A DNA stretch of 47,616 bases, taken from assembly GCA_000182565.2 (NCBI GenBank), contig KQ257463.1, one strand, 5' to 3'. This document shows positions 1-12,210 of this stretch, in pieces. A model generated the notes under the pieces. That model had not been told where the DNA came from. It ran no database searches and was given only the letters and a program-made list of their open reading frames with translations. Positions within the stretch are counted from its first letter, which is position 1. The number at the start of each line of letters is the position of its first letter. Both the position numbers and the translations under genes were made by a program. This DNA comes from Spizellomyces punctatus DAOM BR117 (lineage: Eukaryota).

Positions 1-742
1 CCCAACGGGGATCCAAGCGCGAAATGTCGCCTTTTTTTTATTGGGGGTCAATTTAGACGTCATGAAGCTTTTTGGGTTTGCGTACTGCTGGGCTGAAGGG
101 GCACCACGTGGCGATGGTCGCTTTGAGGTTTTTATGCCACCCTCGTGCACCACACGGTACTGTACGCATTTGCAAGTCCAAAGCATGCGATGCCCAGAGT
201 TTCTTGCATTGGGACGGATATGCAGTGCCCACCAGGTAGGTTTGGATCACCACCATCCTTCTGATTCACCATACCCATTACCACTCTACCACTGCAAAAA
301 GTCATGTACTCATTGGACTATAAAGTATCAATCTAAATGAAAACTCTATGCATCCCCGCGTGGAATCTCTCGAAAGGCATCGGACCAACTCTTGGCAGTA
401 AGGAAGGGGGATGATAACCTGTGAGGGCCCCTTGCACGTGAAGCCGCGCCTAAATGACGTGATTTCAAAGTTAAGGTTTTTGACGAGTACCTCACGGGTT
501 ACAAGTTTTTTTCTTCTGTTTTTTTTTTGTATTTTTCTTTTTGGGGGAGATTGGCGGGACGGAAATTGGGGAATATTGGGGTGGATTTTTGGACATGGCG
601 TGATGTTCTGTTGTGTTTTGGTTTCGTGGTGTGCTTTGATGCAGCTTTGGACACTTGGAAGAAACCTCATCGATAGGCTCCTCTTCGCCTGTCGCAGGTA
701 CCTCATACAAACCTAGAGAAAACGGCGTTGTCAGAATCCTCA

Positions 743-2590
743 ATGGTCGTCATTTGCGAGGACATTCCAATGGCTGTTGCTAGGAGTGCAGGTGAGTACC
801 CATCCTGTCGGCCTCTGTGTGTTTTGCTGAGAACTCAAACTGTTGAACAGCGACTCGGATGAGTGATGAGATGCGGTTGGGAGGTAGCCCCGTGCGCCGG
901 TCATCTTTTGTTCTTGTTGGAGGTGAGCGACGTGTTAGAACACGTTAACTTTTTGTTGCACTTGCTTATTACAGCACTCCAGAGGCACAAGATCCGATTC
1001 AAGAACTCGTAGCAGAATCTACCAAGCCCGCTTGCACGCCTCCGCCCATCGACACCATTCAACTTCTCATCGACTTGAACGATGCACTGTTGGCGTACGG
1101 CACGCCCACCCATCGCATGGAAGCCCTCGTCGACGCCCTTGGAGAAAGCCTTCACATACCTGTTAAAGTGTACTACCTCCCAACGTACACCCTCCTCCAT
1201 TTCCTGGGTCCGCTACCACCCGGAAAGAGAGAGCAGCACATTGTGAAGACACGGGGTGGATGGGATTTTGACAAGCTCCAAGTTCTCCATGCCCTATGCA
1301 AGGATCTTATTCGAGGAAGAACGAATCCTGCTGGAGCCAAAAAGAAACTACAAGATATTCGAAACATGAGGGATGCGTGGAGTGAGTTGTGGATCGTCGC
1401 TGGGTACCCTGTGTCGGCTGCAACGAGTGCCATCATGTTTTTCAATGGGAACGGGTGGGATGCGCTTGCGAGTGGGTTGTTGGCGTCTATACCAGGTGGG
1501 ATGAGGTTGATTGCGAATCGATTTCCATCGCTGTGGGTACGTGTTAATATCTGCTGTTGGTAATCTTTGTGAATCTTTCTTGCACCTACTCACCGGTGAA
1601 ATCCTCCATAGTGGACATACGAAATCATATGCTGTGCCCTCATCAGCGTCATCGCAGCCTCCATTTCATCAACACGATGCTACCCTTCCCTGCTACTCTC
1701 CTCAGTCGTGACCTTACTTCCAGGGTACACTGTCACAGCCTCCGTGGTCGAAATCCTGACCAAGAACGTCATATCGGGTGCAGTGCGTTTGTGCTATACG
1801 GTAGTGTACTTGGCGGCTATGGCATACGGTTTGACACTTGCGCCCTTATTCTATAATGTGGCGGTTGGGAATGGGTTCCTGCGACGACCGCCAGGAGTGG
1901 AAAATGCATGTACGGCGGAACAGACGATTGCAGTCAGTCATTTATGGTTGATTTTATGTGTGCCGCTTTATATTGCTTCCTACAATATTTACCTCAAGGT
2001 GTGTGCGTATGCTTTGCTCTGGGGCTCTCGCTTTTTCGCTTTTTGTTCGACACTAAATTTTTGTCTTCTACCGGGTTCACAGTCTCCTCTTCGACAATGG
2101 CCCGTTATGACCCTCATCGGCGCCCTCGGATACGGCATTTCCTACCTCAGCAAACGCATCTGGCACGCTCCTCCCGAGATCAATGCGTTCACTTCTGCCC
2201 TCGGTATCGGGCTAGCTTCCAACATCTACGCTCGTGCCACCGATGACCTCTCCTTTCATGCTATTACGGCGGGCGTGTTCATACAAGTTCCTGGAAGTTG
2301 GGGGTTGCGAGGTATGCTTGCCCTTGCGTATCAGGTGAGGAATGGCGTCGAGTGCATGTACCATTGTATTAGTATTAAGCATGTTGACAGGAGTACGACC
2401 GATCACTCTATTGGAATTATTCAATGCTTGTCATTTGTGTGGGAATTGGAGGGGCTCTGTAAGTGAAAAGTGTTTAGTTGTCCATTGCGTTTTGATGAGT
2501 ATTGACTCTATATTGTTTAGACTCATGAGCAACTATATGGTCTGGGGATTTCGATTGAAGAATCGACGTGTTCCTTTGACAGACTTTTAG
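743..2590 (+). CDS. PRM10: ThrE/DUF1212-family multi-pass membrane protein (PRM10-like), multi-exon
   Basis: ORFs 1075-1563, 1708-2466 and the tail ending at 2590 contain LLAYGTPTHRME, LLPGYTVTASVVEILTKNVISGAVRL and IQVPGSWG, typical of ThrE/PRM10, with many hydrophobic helices. The start at 743 is inferred by splicing (introns 792-850, 923-982) and is less certain. Confidence 0.85.
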
Positions 2591-2821
2591 AGAGCGAATA
2601 TCTATATACATCTTACGAAAGAGGCAGCGTATAATCGATGTTTGGGACGGTTGGGGTGGATACATGGGTCGCTTGCTCGCCGAACGTACCGGTTCTGTTT
2701 AGGAGAGAAAAGTGTCCCGGTTACGGGCATATGCACCATGGAAATATAGGGACTTTTGGGTATACAAGTCCTATTTTTAAATACTTCTCTTCAGAGTCCT
2801 CCCGTGAAAGTCCCATCACTA

Positions 2822-3852
2822 TCATAGGGTATTCTCATCCATTACCACCACGATATCATTCACTCCATCCATTCTAACTCCCTGCCTCCTCGCAACAGCG
2901 ATCAGACAGGCATCCCATATACCCCACAACAAGCTTATCCCGCCCAAAACATGCCAAACAGAGTGCAAACAAGCCCATCCCTTTCTATCTATCACGAAAC
3001 ATAATATCCCGGCCAACCCCGCTGCGAGTCCCACGTACGATTCCAGAGCATAGAATCCAAAGACCGCGGAGGGTATACATGCTACAACGAGGGTGACGGA
3101 GATATGATGCGTACGTTCCCAGTGATACACAAAGAGACCAATGATGCAAAGAGTTGTAAGAAGCCATGTCAGTTCCAGTTGCCAGACTGGGTGGGAGGAC
3201 GGTGCATGGCGGTTTAGGCTGATTGCATTCTAAAGAGAGTATAAACTTTGGTGAAACTCATGAGATACACCTTATCTTTCAGATGACCATACCAGGTAAA
3301 ATGCCCACGTCGCAACGGCTGCATCTGCTGAGGAAAAAATCTTCCATAATGTGCAATGATAGAGCGTCGAGACGACGCCTGCCATGACAGATCCTAATAT
3401 GCACACATGTTGAAGGAGGGGAATAGAGGAGAATGGGACAGAAGTGTAGATGAGGAGCGGAAGTGCAAAGCAGGGCGATGTGAGCGTGCAATAGAATTCC
3501 GCTTGCAGATCAAAACAAAAGAGTGTGATTTCAGTCAACGCTTTCGCAGTGGCGCACTGTAAAACATACGATACGAACCTATGAACGTACTCACCGTATA
3601 CTTCCCCTCCATGGTCGTCACCGTCGCCGGCTGGAACAATCGCTCATAAAGCGGTACAACAGGCCCACAACACAGCGCGACATCACGCGACTTGGAATGA
3701 CTATGTCGTCTTTTGAAGGAGCCGCGGCGGGAAGAGGGAACATGGTCAGCGACCATCTGCGGGTCCGACGCGGGAATCGATGTTGGTATCTCGGGCTTGA
3801 GTAGATCAATGTATCCCGCGCGTTGCGGCCCCATTGCCGCTGTTTGGCCCAT
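2822..3852 (-). CDS. CREST-superfamily (alkaline ceramidase-like) membrane hydrolase, multi-exon
   Basis: Exons encode AEFYCTLTS (cf. ceramidase AEFWNTLSN), STLYH (SxxxH), a downstream Asp (SSADAA) and LHSVWH (HxxxH), with several TM segments. ATG at 3852. Confidence 0.7.
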
Positions 3853-6031
3853 CTTTTGCTGGGCGAATCGTGCGTTTGCCCGTATGCCAAAGTTACAGGC
3901 CAGACGAGAGTGCAATGCGGACGCAGGACATTATGGTTTTTAAGGATGCGATTTGGGGGCAAACGAGGGGGGTTTTCACGCGGGGAGGTCGGAGGGTCGG
4001 AAAGGATTACGAGTGCACGTGGCTTTGGCGGTACGCGATGGACGCGGTCGACGCACAGAATGAAACGACGACGACGGTTTTTGTTTGCGACCTCTGCACC
4101 ATTTGATTGTGGAGGTAACTGGGCATAATGCAATCATTGAAGGGCCATGGGTGGTCAGCGACTGGCAGGAATATATCTTTTGTTTACGTTACATTGAAGC
4201 TTGCGATTGAAAGATACTATTTGATTTACAACTCATCATGCAATCAGCCGCAATTTTCATTTCCTCCCTGGAACAAGCATATGTCTCCATTTCCATCCCC
4301 TAAAGTGTTCTGTAACCAGGCAATTGGGCCTACAACCGTTGTATTATTTGTTCAAACATGACAGAAACCTTGCAGTGCGTGCGTTAACCAGGTTGCTGAT
4401 ATGGCCTACTGGAATAGTTGAATGACGGCAACCACAATACGCCAGTTCAAACCCGCTGCTATGCGTGAGCGGTAAACACTTTGATACGAGTTGTATGTCA
4501 GCATCTCCTCTCATCTCATCCAACATGCTATATTTTTAGCATGTTGCACAATTGATCCTGAGTAGAGGAACCAAGATGTTAGATTGCAGTAGTTTCGATG
4601 GTATGAGGGAGAATACGAACTTCCTGTACTCCCAAGTATTATTCTTTCTTCAAAATCAATTGCAACAAAGTATCCGGTGGTACAATTTGAGACAGTGTAT
4701 CTTGAAGCGTTGAGAGTAGCAGTGGTAAGGTCGGGGAATACGTGTCGTCAAAGTCGATTCCTGGCCTTTGAGTGAAGTACAGCCATTCGAGTTAATGTTG
4801 CATCGGTACAGTGCTCACAAACAAGCTTGTATATAGGCTCCTGGTCACGAAAGTTGGGCGCATTATCCCCGTTGAAAGACTGGCTTCCAGACAAAGCTGT
4901 GAGGGTGCTTTCACCATTGCGAACGGATAAGTTGCTTATGACCGCACACCAAGAATGTGGGAGGGCGCGATGGGAGCCTTTTGGGGTGCAACGTGTATTC
5001 GATATTGCCCAAACGTTGAGGATTAACACAAGGCCAACAATCCTGATGGATGGATGCACGCAAGTCTGGAGGAACACTGTCAAGTGTTCATGTGTATATT
5101 GCAAGATGAAGTCTGGGGAAACCTCCTAAAAACCATAATAACAAGGACTACAGTACTGTAGATTTCTTTTGCGCCCCTATGTAGTATATTCAATGGTGAC
5201 TTCTTACACACAATAGACTAGCATCTATACTTACAGTTCACTCTGTTCCTCTCTTACTGAATCATTCCCTATAGGAATATCCTCCATAGCTAACATTGAC
5301 AAGGCTTCAGGTAGTGGACCCCGGTGTTCATCCAGCTGACTGTAAGATTCTGCGTGTCGCTAGTCAGATGAAGGCACGTCCATACTGGGCCTCGACGGCT
5401 GCCACAAATCAGTTGCGGTTGCCGATGTAGTCATTAGCGTAGAGATTGGCCGAGACATCCTGTATATATAAGAACAAGTCTAACAGAGTAAATCGCGAGG
5501 CAGAGCGACGATACAACCCCATAACTAGCTTCTCAACTCTAACTCTAGGCCCAACGGAGCATTTCATCGCACTGATCACCCGCACGGAAGCCTCCAAATC
5601 CTGCTCGGTTCACACTAACCAAATCCCCAATTGCCTATCGCCCCCAACGCCGCTACCGAAACCCACAAAAGGGATTCGCAGACCAGTTACCCTAGTACCT
5701 TACTAATTAGCTGGATACATTTTTGCAATTTTCTTAAGTTCCAGAGAGACCCTAGCAAACCCTTTTTGCTCCTGCAGTACTGCTATGCCTTGATGACCTT
5801 AGTTAAAGTTGTTTATAGTACTATAAAACAGCTAACCCCAATAGTGTAAGAAGCTACTAGGTACAGTCGATCCGCTGCTACAAGTTCGAATCCATATCTC
5901 CAACCCTTTGATGCCAGACCCGGCGGCCGCCCTGGACGCTTGGTTATCAGACTCAATTGCGAGTGGAACGAGATGCCTGTCCATTGCAGTAGGGAAGCAA
6001 CATCGTGTACGATTCTGTAGAGTGTGTAAGA

Positions 6032-6298
6032 TTCTGTAGAGGCAAAAACCAAACCGTGACTTGCGGGTCGGGGACTTACTTGGGGACTCACACTTGGAAG
6101 TACGGACTCGAGAAGCGGATTTGGCTCGAGGATTCCATCGAGTTGGGCGAGGTTATTGGGTGTGAGGAGGTCAAAGGGGAAGTTGGCAAAACTTCGAATC
6201 TATTGGAAGAAAGATAGTAATGGAATGGCCGCTGTTATTGGTTTCTGTAGAGGTAAAAACCAAACCGTGACTTGCATCGGGTCGGAGACTTACTTGGG
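6032..6298. repeat. Diverged ~55-bp direct repeat, 2 copies
   Basis: TTCTGTAGAGG(C/T)AAAAACCAAACCGTGACTTGC(AT)..GGGTCGG(G/A)GACTTACTTGGG at 6032-6084 and 6243-6298. Confidence 0.9.
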
Positions 6299-6360
6299 TG
6301 GTCAGGGATATCTGAACTGCCAGTGTGTAGATACCAGAGATGCTTGACAAGGCTTCAGGT

Positions 6361-7683
6361 AGCAGCAGGAAGAGGCTACACGGTTTACTGTGTTGCTGGG
6401 CAGCAAAGGCGTTGGAAGCCTGTTAGCTAGTGAGGATATTTCTAAACGGAATGATTCAGTAAGAAAGAATAGGAACAGAGTGAGCTATTCTCTAGTATGG
6501 ATGGTGGTCTATTGTATTCCCGGCGGTTTAATTTCAATTTCTTCATTGGGCGGCTTCCCTCCGTCGATTCGTTGAGCAAAATCCGCATATGCTCAAAAGG
6601 AACCGCTCCGCCCAAGACTCTCTCTGGGAACTAGAATAGTGATGGAGTAGAGCAGTCGAATGAGAACAGCTTCCTTCGTGACTTGAGCCGTCGCTTCTGC
6701 TTGTGTGGCCGGACGATTCGTCATATACGGAAAGACAATAAATCTCTGGCTATATCAAGAGGACTTTGCTGTTCTGTGAAAAGAGAAATTCGCCAACTTG
6801 AGGCAGGGAAAACCGCCAACGGGTGGTCATTGCGGCGCTTTTTGAAATGATGTTTTCGGCGGCGCAGAAGTTTAACATGTATTGTTTAAAGGACAAGAGC
6901 AGCGTAATACTCGGACGGTAGAGCGCTAAATATCTCTAGCAGGCTCTTCAAGCAAGAATTGCATATCCTTAAAGTACTCCCCCAGTGCCTCGATGTACTT
7001 CTTTTTCTCCTCCGGACCGTGACATTCAAGGTCGCTTAGCGTTTCCATCCAGTACTCTTCTGATGTTACACATAGCGTCCCCTCATGTCTAAGTAATGCA
7101 AGTATGTTTCCTTACTGAGGCCGCTAATACTAGCATGATGGGTGCCAGCTTGGGCGTAAAATATATCGTCTGTTCCGTTTTTTTTCGCTTCATCCAAGAT
7201 GTCAGCAGTGCACCACAGTTTATCGGCAGCGTTCTTGAGATCCTTTGACCATGATCGTAGAGCGTTGGAGACGTCGTCATCGTGTTCGTGCAAATAGTCA
7301 GCAAAGTCGTCCCCTTTTTTAAAATATGGTAAGGCGAGCTCTACCATTCCAGGGGTAGGGAACAGCCCATCTTCTCGGACAAAATAGGGACGTTCGATAC
7401 TTTCATCCCAATTTGGATACATGCGGTAAGTGGTGCGCATTTGCTTTTAGCGGTACGTATCTGGAGTGGACCGGGGTGGATACGAAAGATGGGTGCGAGT
7501 GACAGGCGTTTTGGCAAACAAAGACCGCGAGCCGAACAGAATAACATTTTGAACGAGGGATTCGATAGTTGGTGGGCAAATATCACAAAAGGGGTAGAGA
7601 CAAAGTGCTCCTTTTATACGCCAGCAGATAGAAAGAGGCGCAAGGTTGACTGTGCTACTGGGCAGCAAAAGGCGTTGGAAGCC
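6361..7683. repeat. Diverged ~60-bp direct repeat flanking the 6926-7547 gene relic
   Basis: Core ACTGTG(T/C)T(G/A)CTGGGCAGCAAA(A)GGCGTTGGAAGCC at 6387-6420 and 7649-7683, with weaker similarity about 25 bp further 5'. Confidence 0.8.
6926..7547 (-). pseudogene. Intronless orphan gene interrupted by one or two frameshifts
   Basis: ORF 7066-7440 (...LPYFKKGDDFADYL...) continues in another frame as ALLRHEGTLCVTSEEYWMETLSDLECHGPEEKKKYIEALGEYFKDMQFLLEEPARDI* (stop 6926-6928). An out-of-frame upstream leader starts at 7547 (MLFCSARGL...), with TATAAAAG at 7618-7611. Confidence 0.5.
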
Positions 7684-8442
7684 CCGCAGAAGCAACTTGA
7701 CAGCTGTGACGTTCCGAGTGGCTTAGTCCCGCGATTGGCCAAGGTCCAACGCATGATACGCTCTACAAGGATGTTGCCTTTTTGAATGCCTTGCAGAACA
7801 CTAGGCAGTCAGAGGGAATCCCTAAGAATATGGCAGAAATAAGATATCGCCCGTAGCTATTGTATGACAGTCGAGAGCAAGGCGTAGCAAGCATGTTCAA
7901 TAATATTCTTAAACTCTGCGTCATTGGACGGATACTACAAGTCTGTTGGGCCCGCTCATTTCAAACATATAATATAATCTATAGATGCCAGATGAACAAT
8001 ACCTAGATGCAAAAAGACCAGCTGGTGTATAGTTTCGGCCTGCTAGCTTGGGGGAAGGGCTGGTTTAGAGGGCGGGTCGCGCTTTCAAGCATCGGCCAGT
8101 AAAGCTGGATCACCATATCTCTATCGCTCCACGATTCCATCCTTTTTGCAGGTTTTTCGAACAAAGGCAGCCAAAAGTTGATGATCATTGACCTGTTGCG
8201 CATTAGCCCCATAATGGACCTGGATTTTGTGAAATTCCGTCGCTCTCGCGATAAATCAGAATTGGTTATCATGGCAAGAGATGAGGCGAAGAGTCTCCAT
8301 CGTCATCCAATCGAAAAGAGGTAAGAATGGGTTCAACACAGCAAGATGTTCTCAAGTGCGTAGGGCCAATGTTAGACAAGCACTTAACATGATGTAGTGT
8401 GATTTCGGTCATTCCATAAACTTTGAACAATGATTGATGATT

Positions 8443-9124
8443 TTACACCGGCGGCTCTCTTCTGCCTCTTTGCTCCTCAAGTTTTATTTTCTTCTCTCTT
8501 CTTCGGCGCAATATCAAGACCAGCTTGAATCCGATTGCACCTATTATTGCCCCTCCCACAACGGCTCCACCCGCAATGAATGCCGCTTGGATGTTGACAC
8601 GAGGTATCGGAGTATTTACCCTAGAAGATGCTGTAGTCTCCACCAGAGGTTTCACGGGGGTGTCAGACTGCGATACAGGAGTACCAGACTGCGAATCTGT
8701 GCCATTATCAATGACATTGATAGCGAAGCGCATATCGCGATCACAGTGGTCGTCCATGTTGCATGCAAACCAGCGGATACCCGGAGTGATGAATCTTACA
8801 GCCATTCGTCCGCCTCTCTTGAGCTTTCCAGAGTCAATCCCGTTGATTAACATATCGCAGTTGTCACCACTGGTTTGCGTCACGCTATGTGGTCCGTCTT
8901 CAACATGGAAAGTGACCATGTCGCCAAGATTTATATTCTAGAAGACCGTGTTCACATCAGATCAACAGGACCCATCCTTGGAAGGCCATGATATGGCTCA
9001 CCAATATACTTGGCATATACACTGGTCGACCTCCAGCGCCGACCAAGACAAGGTGATCAGTTTCCGCCGAAATGATCCAAGGCGCGGCGATGGCAATCAG
9101 AGCGATGCACAATAGCGAACGCAT
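8443..9124 (-). CDS. Membrane-anchored cupredoxin-domain protein
   Basis: Signal peptide MRSLLCIALIAIAAPWIISA; intron 8938-9001 gives in-frame MPSIL|NINLGDMVTF. HSV...C-NMDD-H-CDRD-M matches type-1 copper ligand spacing, followed by an S/T-rich stalk, a TM helix and RRRREKK. The 3' end may extend by splicing. Confidence 0.8.
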
Positions 9125-10022
9125 TGCCGGTATGCATGAAACTGTCAGTATGCTTGTATGTGCGAAGAAAAGCTGCAAAAGGCCATTTGACAAGGTCAAC
9201 TACCAGAAATGTGAGGGGAGCCCGCGACTGTACACCGTGGACTCAGCATCACTCCTGCACCCCTCCCTCAGGCACCGCCCGCGGGCGGTCACCTATTCCC
9301 GTCAACCCAGATATTCTTATATAATTGCCCGTGGGGAGCATGAGAGACTGTCATATACTCTGATGGATAGACACAACAATAATCGGTCTATAAGCTCCCG
9401 CAATAGACCAAGGCCGGGCGCCATTCTGTGTCGTATGGAGGAGCTGAGTAGGCAGATTGATATCCCATTTCAGAGAAGAAATACTTTTACACATTTAGTA
9501 AAGTCCGCTATTTGTTGATATTGTAAAGGGCAAAGAGGGCACGCCCGCAGGGATGTGGGCTTGCCAACCAACGTTCTCCACGGTTGCTGGTTCCTGCTGA
9601 CTAACATTTTGGGGCGATTTGCATATGCTGTCCATGGCGACTAAAGTGTTACTTTTATAGCCTTCTAAAGGAAAGTATTATACAGCTTGCTGAATATGCA
9701 GAAAGTGTGTATGGAGAAGATTAGCGTAGGAGTTTCAATACCACCACTGACAGCACAAAACCTATATCCTCGTAGAGTCGGTTAGGTTGCTGTCAAGAGA
9801 GCAATGGGATGCTGATTGGTGGTCAGTGTACTGCGAACTATGGAGCTAGATATGTAGACGAGAGACCTTTTGAACCTCTAAATTTCAAATGTCGTCGGTC
9901 CGTCGGAGCAACGGAGGGTCGAAAGCTTTTTGTCCGAAAAGCTCGGACCGCGTCGAGGTTGGATGCGGCGTATCCAGCCCTCAGCGCACATTTGCTTTAT
10001 CAGCATAACAGCTGCTCCAACC

Positions 10023-11079
10023 ATGCTAGGCTTTGCCGACAACACAACAGAATACGAGCGAAAGCGACAGGAGAGGATTGCTGCCAACCAGGCACTTCTT
10101 CAAAGCTTAGGGATTGAAAGACCGCCCGCTGCACAACCGTTCAGCAAGGCCAAACGCAAAGCCAATAGTGAAGACGCTAGCACACCTGTGGTAAAGAAGA
10201 AGAAAGTAAAGGTCGTCAAGGAGGAGGCTGTAATTGAGGATGATAGCGATCAAACCCTAGTCAGACGGTCTCGGCGGTTGCGGGATAAACCTACGCCCAG
10301 TTTGAAAGACGAGAACATGTACGAAGAAGTGAAGGAGGAGGACGATGGCTTGGTTTCGGTGCCAGTGAAAGAGAAACTCCGGACCAGATTGAGTAGAACG
10401 AGTAGCAAGAAAGTCCCTCGGTATGTTTTGCCACCAATATGCCATACGATGGGATCTTGTCTGAGCTTCTCGTTTTCACAGTGAAAACACATTTGGACAC
10501 ATCCCAGGCGTCCCAGTAGGAAGGAGATGGGCAATGCGAATGGATTGTAGCCACGATGGAGTGCATCGACCTCCTGTTTCAGGCATCCACGGAGGCCCAG
10601 ACGGATGTTATTCCGTGGCACTTAGTGGAGGATACGAAGACGACGTTGATTTTGGTGAAGCCTTTACATACACTGGTGAGGGCGGTCGCGATCTGTCGGG
10701 AACTAAAACAAACCCAAAGAACCTGCGCACAGCTCCACAGTCGAAGGACCAGGTTCTCGACAGAGGGAATCTTGCGCTATGGAAGAGTGCGCAAAACGGC
10801 CTGCCAGTTCGGGTTGTGCGGGGATACAAATTGCCTAGCCCTTACGCTCCGGAAGAAGGGTACAGATACGACGGGCTATACAAGGTGGAAAAGGCATGGA
10901 GCGAAACGGGACTAGCGGGATTTCTGGTCTACAAGTTTGCATTGAAACGGTTGCCGGGCCAGCCCCCTTTACCACGCAATGACGAACAAGACGCAAGTTT
11001 TTGTTCAGAGGACGAGACCAAAAACGTTAAACAGGTGCCTGATTCTGATCAGGATGTTAAATCACAAGAGAACGAATAG
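10023..11079 (+). CDS. SRA/YDG (UHRF1-type SRA) domain protein, 2 exons
   Basis: Intron 10421-10481 joins to [13 protein letters not shown]...[12 protein letters not shown]...[28 protein letters not shown]...VRVVRG...GYRYDGLY, a canonical SRA domain. Confidence 0.95.
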
Positions 11080-11780
11080 GTGGCGATGGGAACCCGATGC
11101 GTTGGATGTACTTTGACAGATCGCTATCGAGTCAGATTAAAATCTATGCTCAGCACAGTATCCTAGACAATCTCCACCGAGGTCACGATGGTCACAGGCT
11201 CAAGAAAGTCAATCAAATTGTTGTGCCAAACGGATAGGCGTGGTCTTGAATAACCGTGTAGATGGTCTGTCGCGAAGGTGACAAAGGAAAATAGTTTAAA
11301 CGTCCTGCCATATTTCAGGGGACTTGTATATTATGACTAGTATATATGTTGACAAAAGTGAATTTTCTTGAATACCATCTTGATTGATGTTGGTTGTCGC
11401 TGTCCATTTAACCTGTCATCGGCAGCTGTTAAATGTTGGCAGGGACCCAGGAAGGAGAAACAGTCTTTTGGCGCTGCTCTGCAGGGGATCGCGGGACTAA
11501 GCCACTTAATTTGCTTCGCGATTTCTTTGTCGCACTTTAGTGGTACGCGCAGAGAAAGGAGAAAGGGCGAGAGACATTGCGTCAAGCGCATCCGTCGGTT
11601 TTTCACTCAGCATTGCACGGCACCAAACCTTGTTCTTGCAAGGACAGCTTCGCTCTATGCGCAATACGTCGACGTCACTGGAGTGGCCATGACCGTACCC
11701 GGTCTTTATGAAAGTCTTGGCCACACGGCGTTGGCACTTGAGCTGTTGCTGAACCAAAAGATATTTGCTCCAGAGCTTCT

Positions 11781-11842
11781 TATTCGCAAGTTTGGCTTTT
11801 GGATGATATTCGCAAGTTTGGCTTTTGGATAATGTTCGCAAA
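11781..11842. repeat. 26-bp tandem repeat, about 2.4 copies
   Basis: TATTCGCAAGTTTGGCTTTTGGAT(G/A)A at 11781-11806 and 11807-11832, plus a partial third copy. Confidence 0.9.
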
Positions 11843-12210
11843 TAGAGACAAGAGAGTACTTTTATTGCCCAGACCAAATATATTTACAAGACTCTTTCTA
11901 TAAAGTACAAGAACGTCGACGTAGAGAGAGATAATTTGTTATGGCGTTCTCGAGGGACTTGCAGACAAGCAGCTTAATCGCTCGTTGGGATCTTGCACAG
12001 GAAGGGTTTTCCTAGGAAGGCAAAGAGGTTGCCGTGGTCGGTTCGCACTTGTGGAGAAGGTGGAGGTCATCGCGGCCGCTTCGCACTTGTGGAGTAAAGG
12101 TCGAGGTTGCCGTGGTCGCTTGGCACTAGTGGCGTAAATGTCGAGGTCACCGTGGCCGATTCGCGCTTGTAAAGTGAGAGACTGTGATTGAGGACCGGTG
12201 CTTCGCACTG

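Noticed and set aside
41-716. Short overlapping ORFs at the window start
   Set aside because: Homopolymer-rich, no recognisable motif; more likely promoter/5' UTR of the ThrE gene.
4748-5129. ORFs 4748-5104 (-) and 4827-5129 (+)
   Set aside because: No motif or clear splice structure; possibly a relic but unsupported.
8003-8272. 89-aa ORF as a further cupredoxin exon or separate gene
   Set aside because: No in-phase splice or family signature found.
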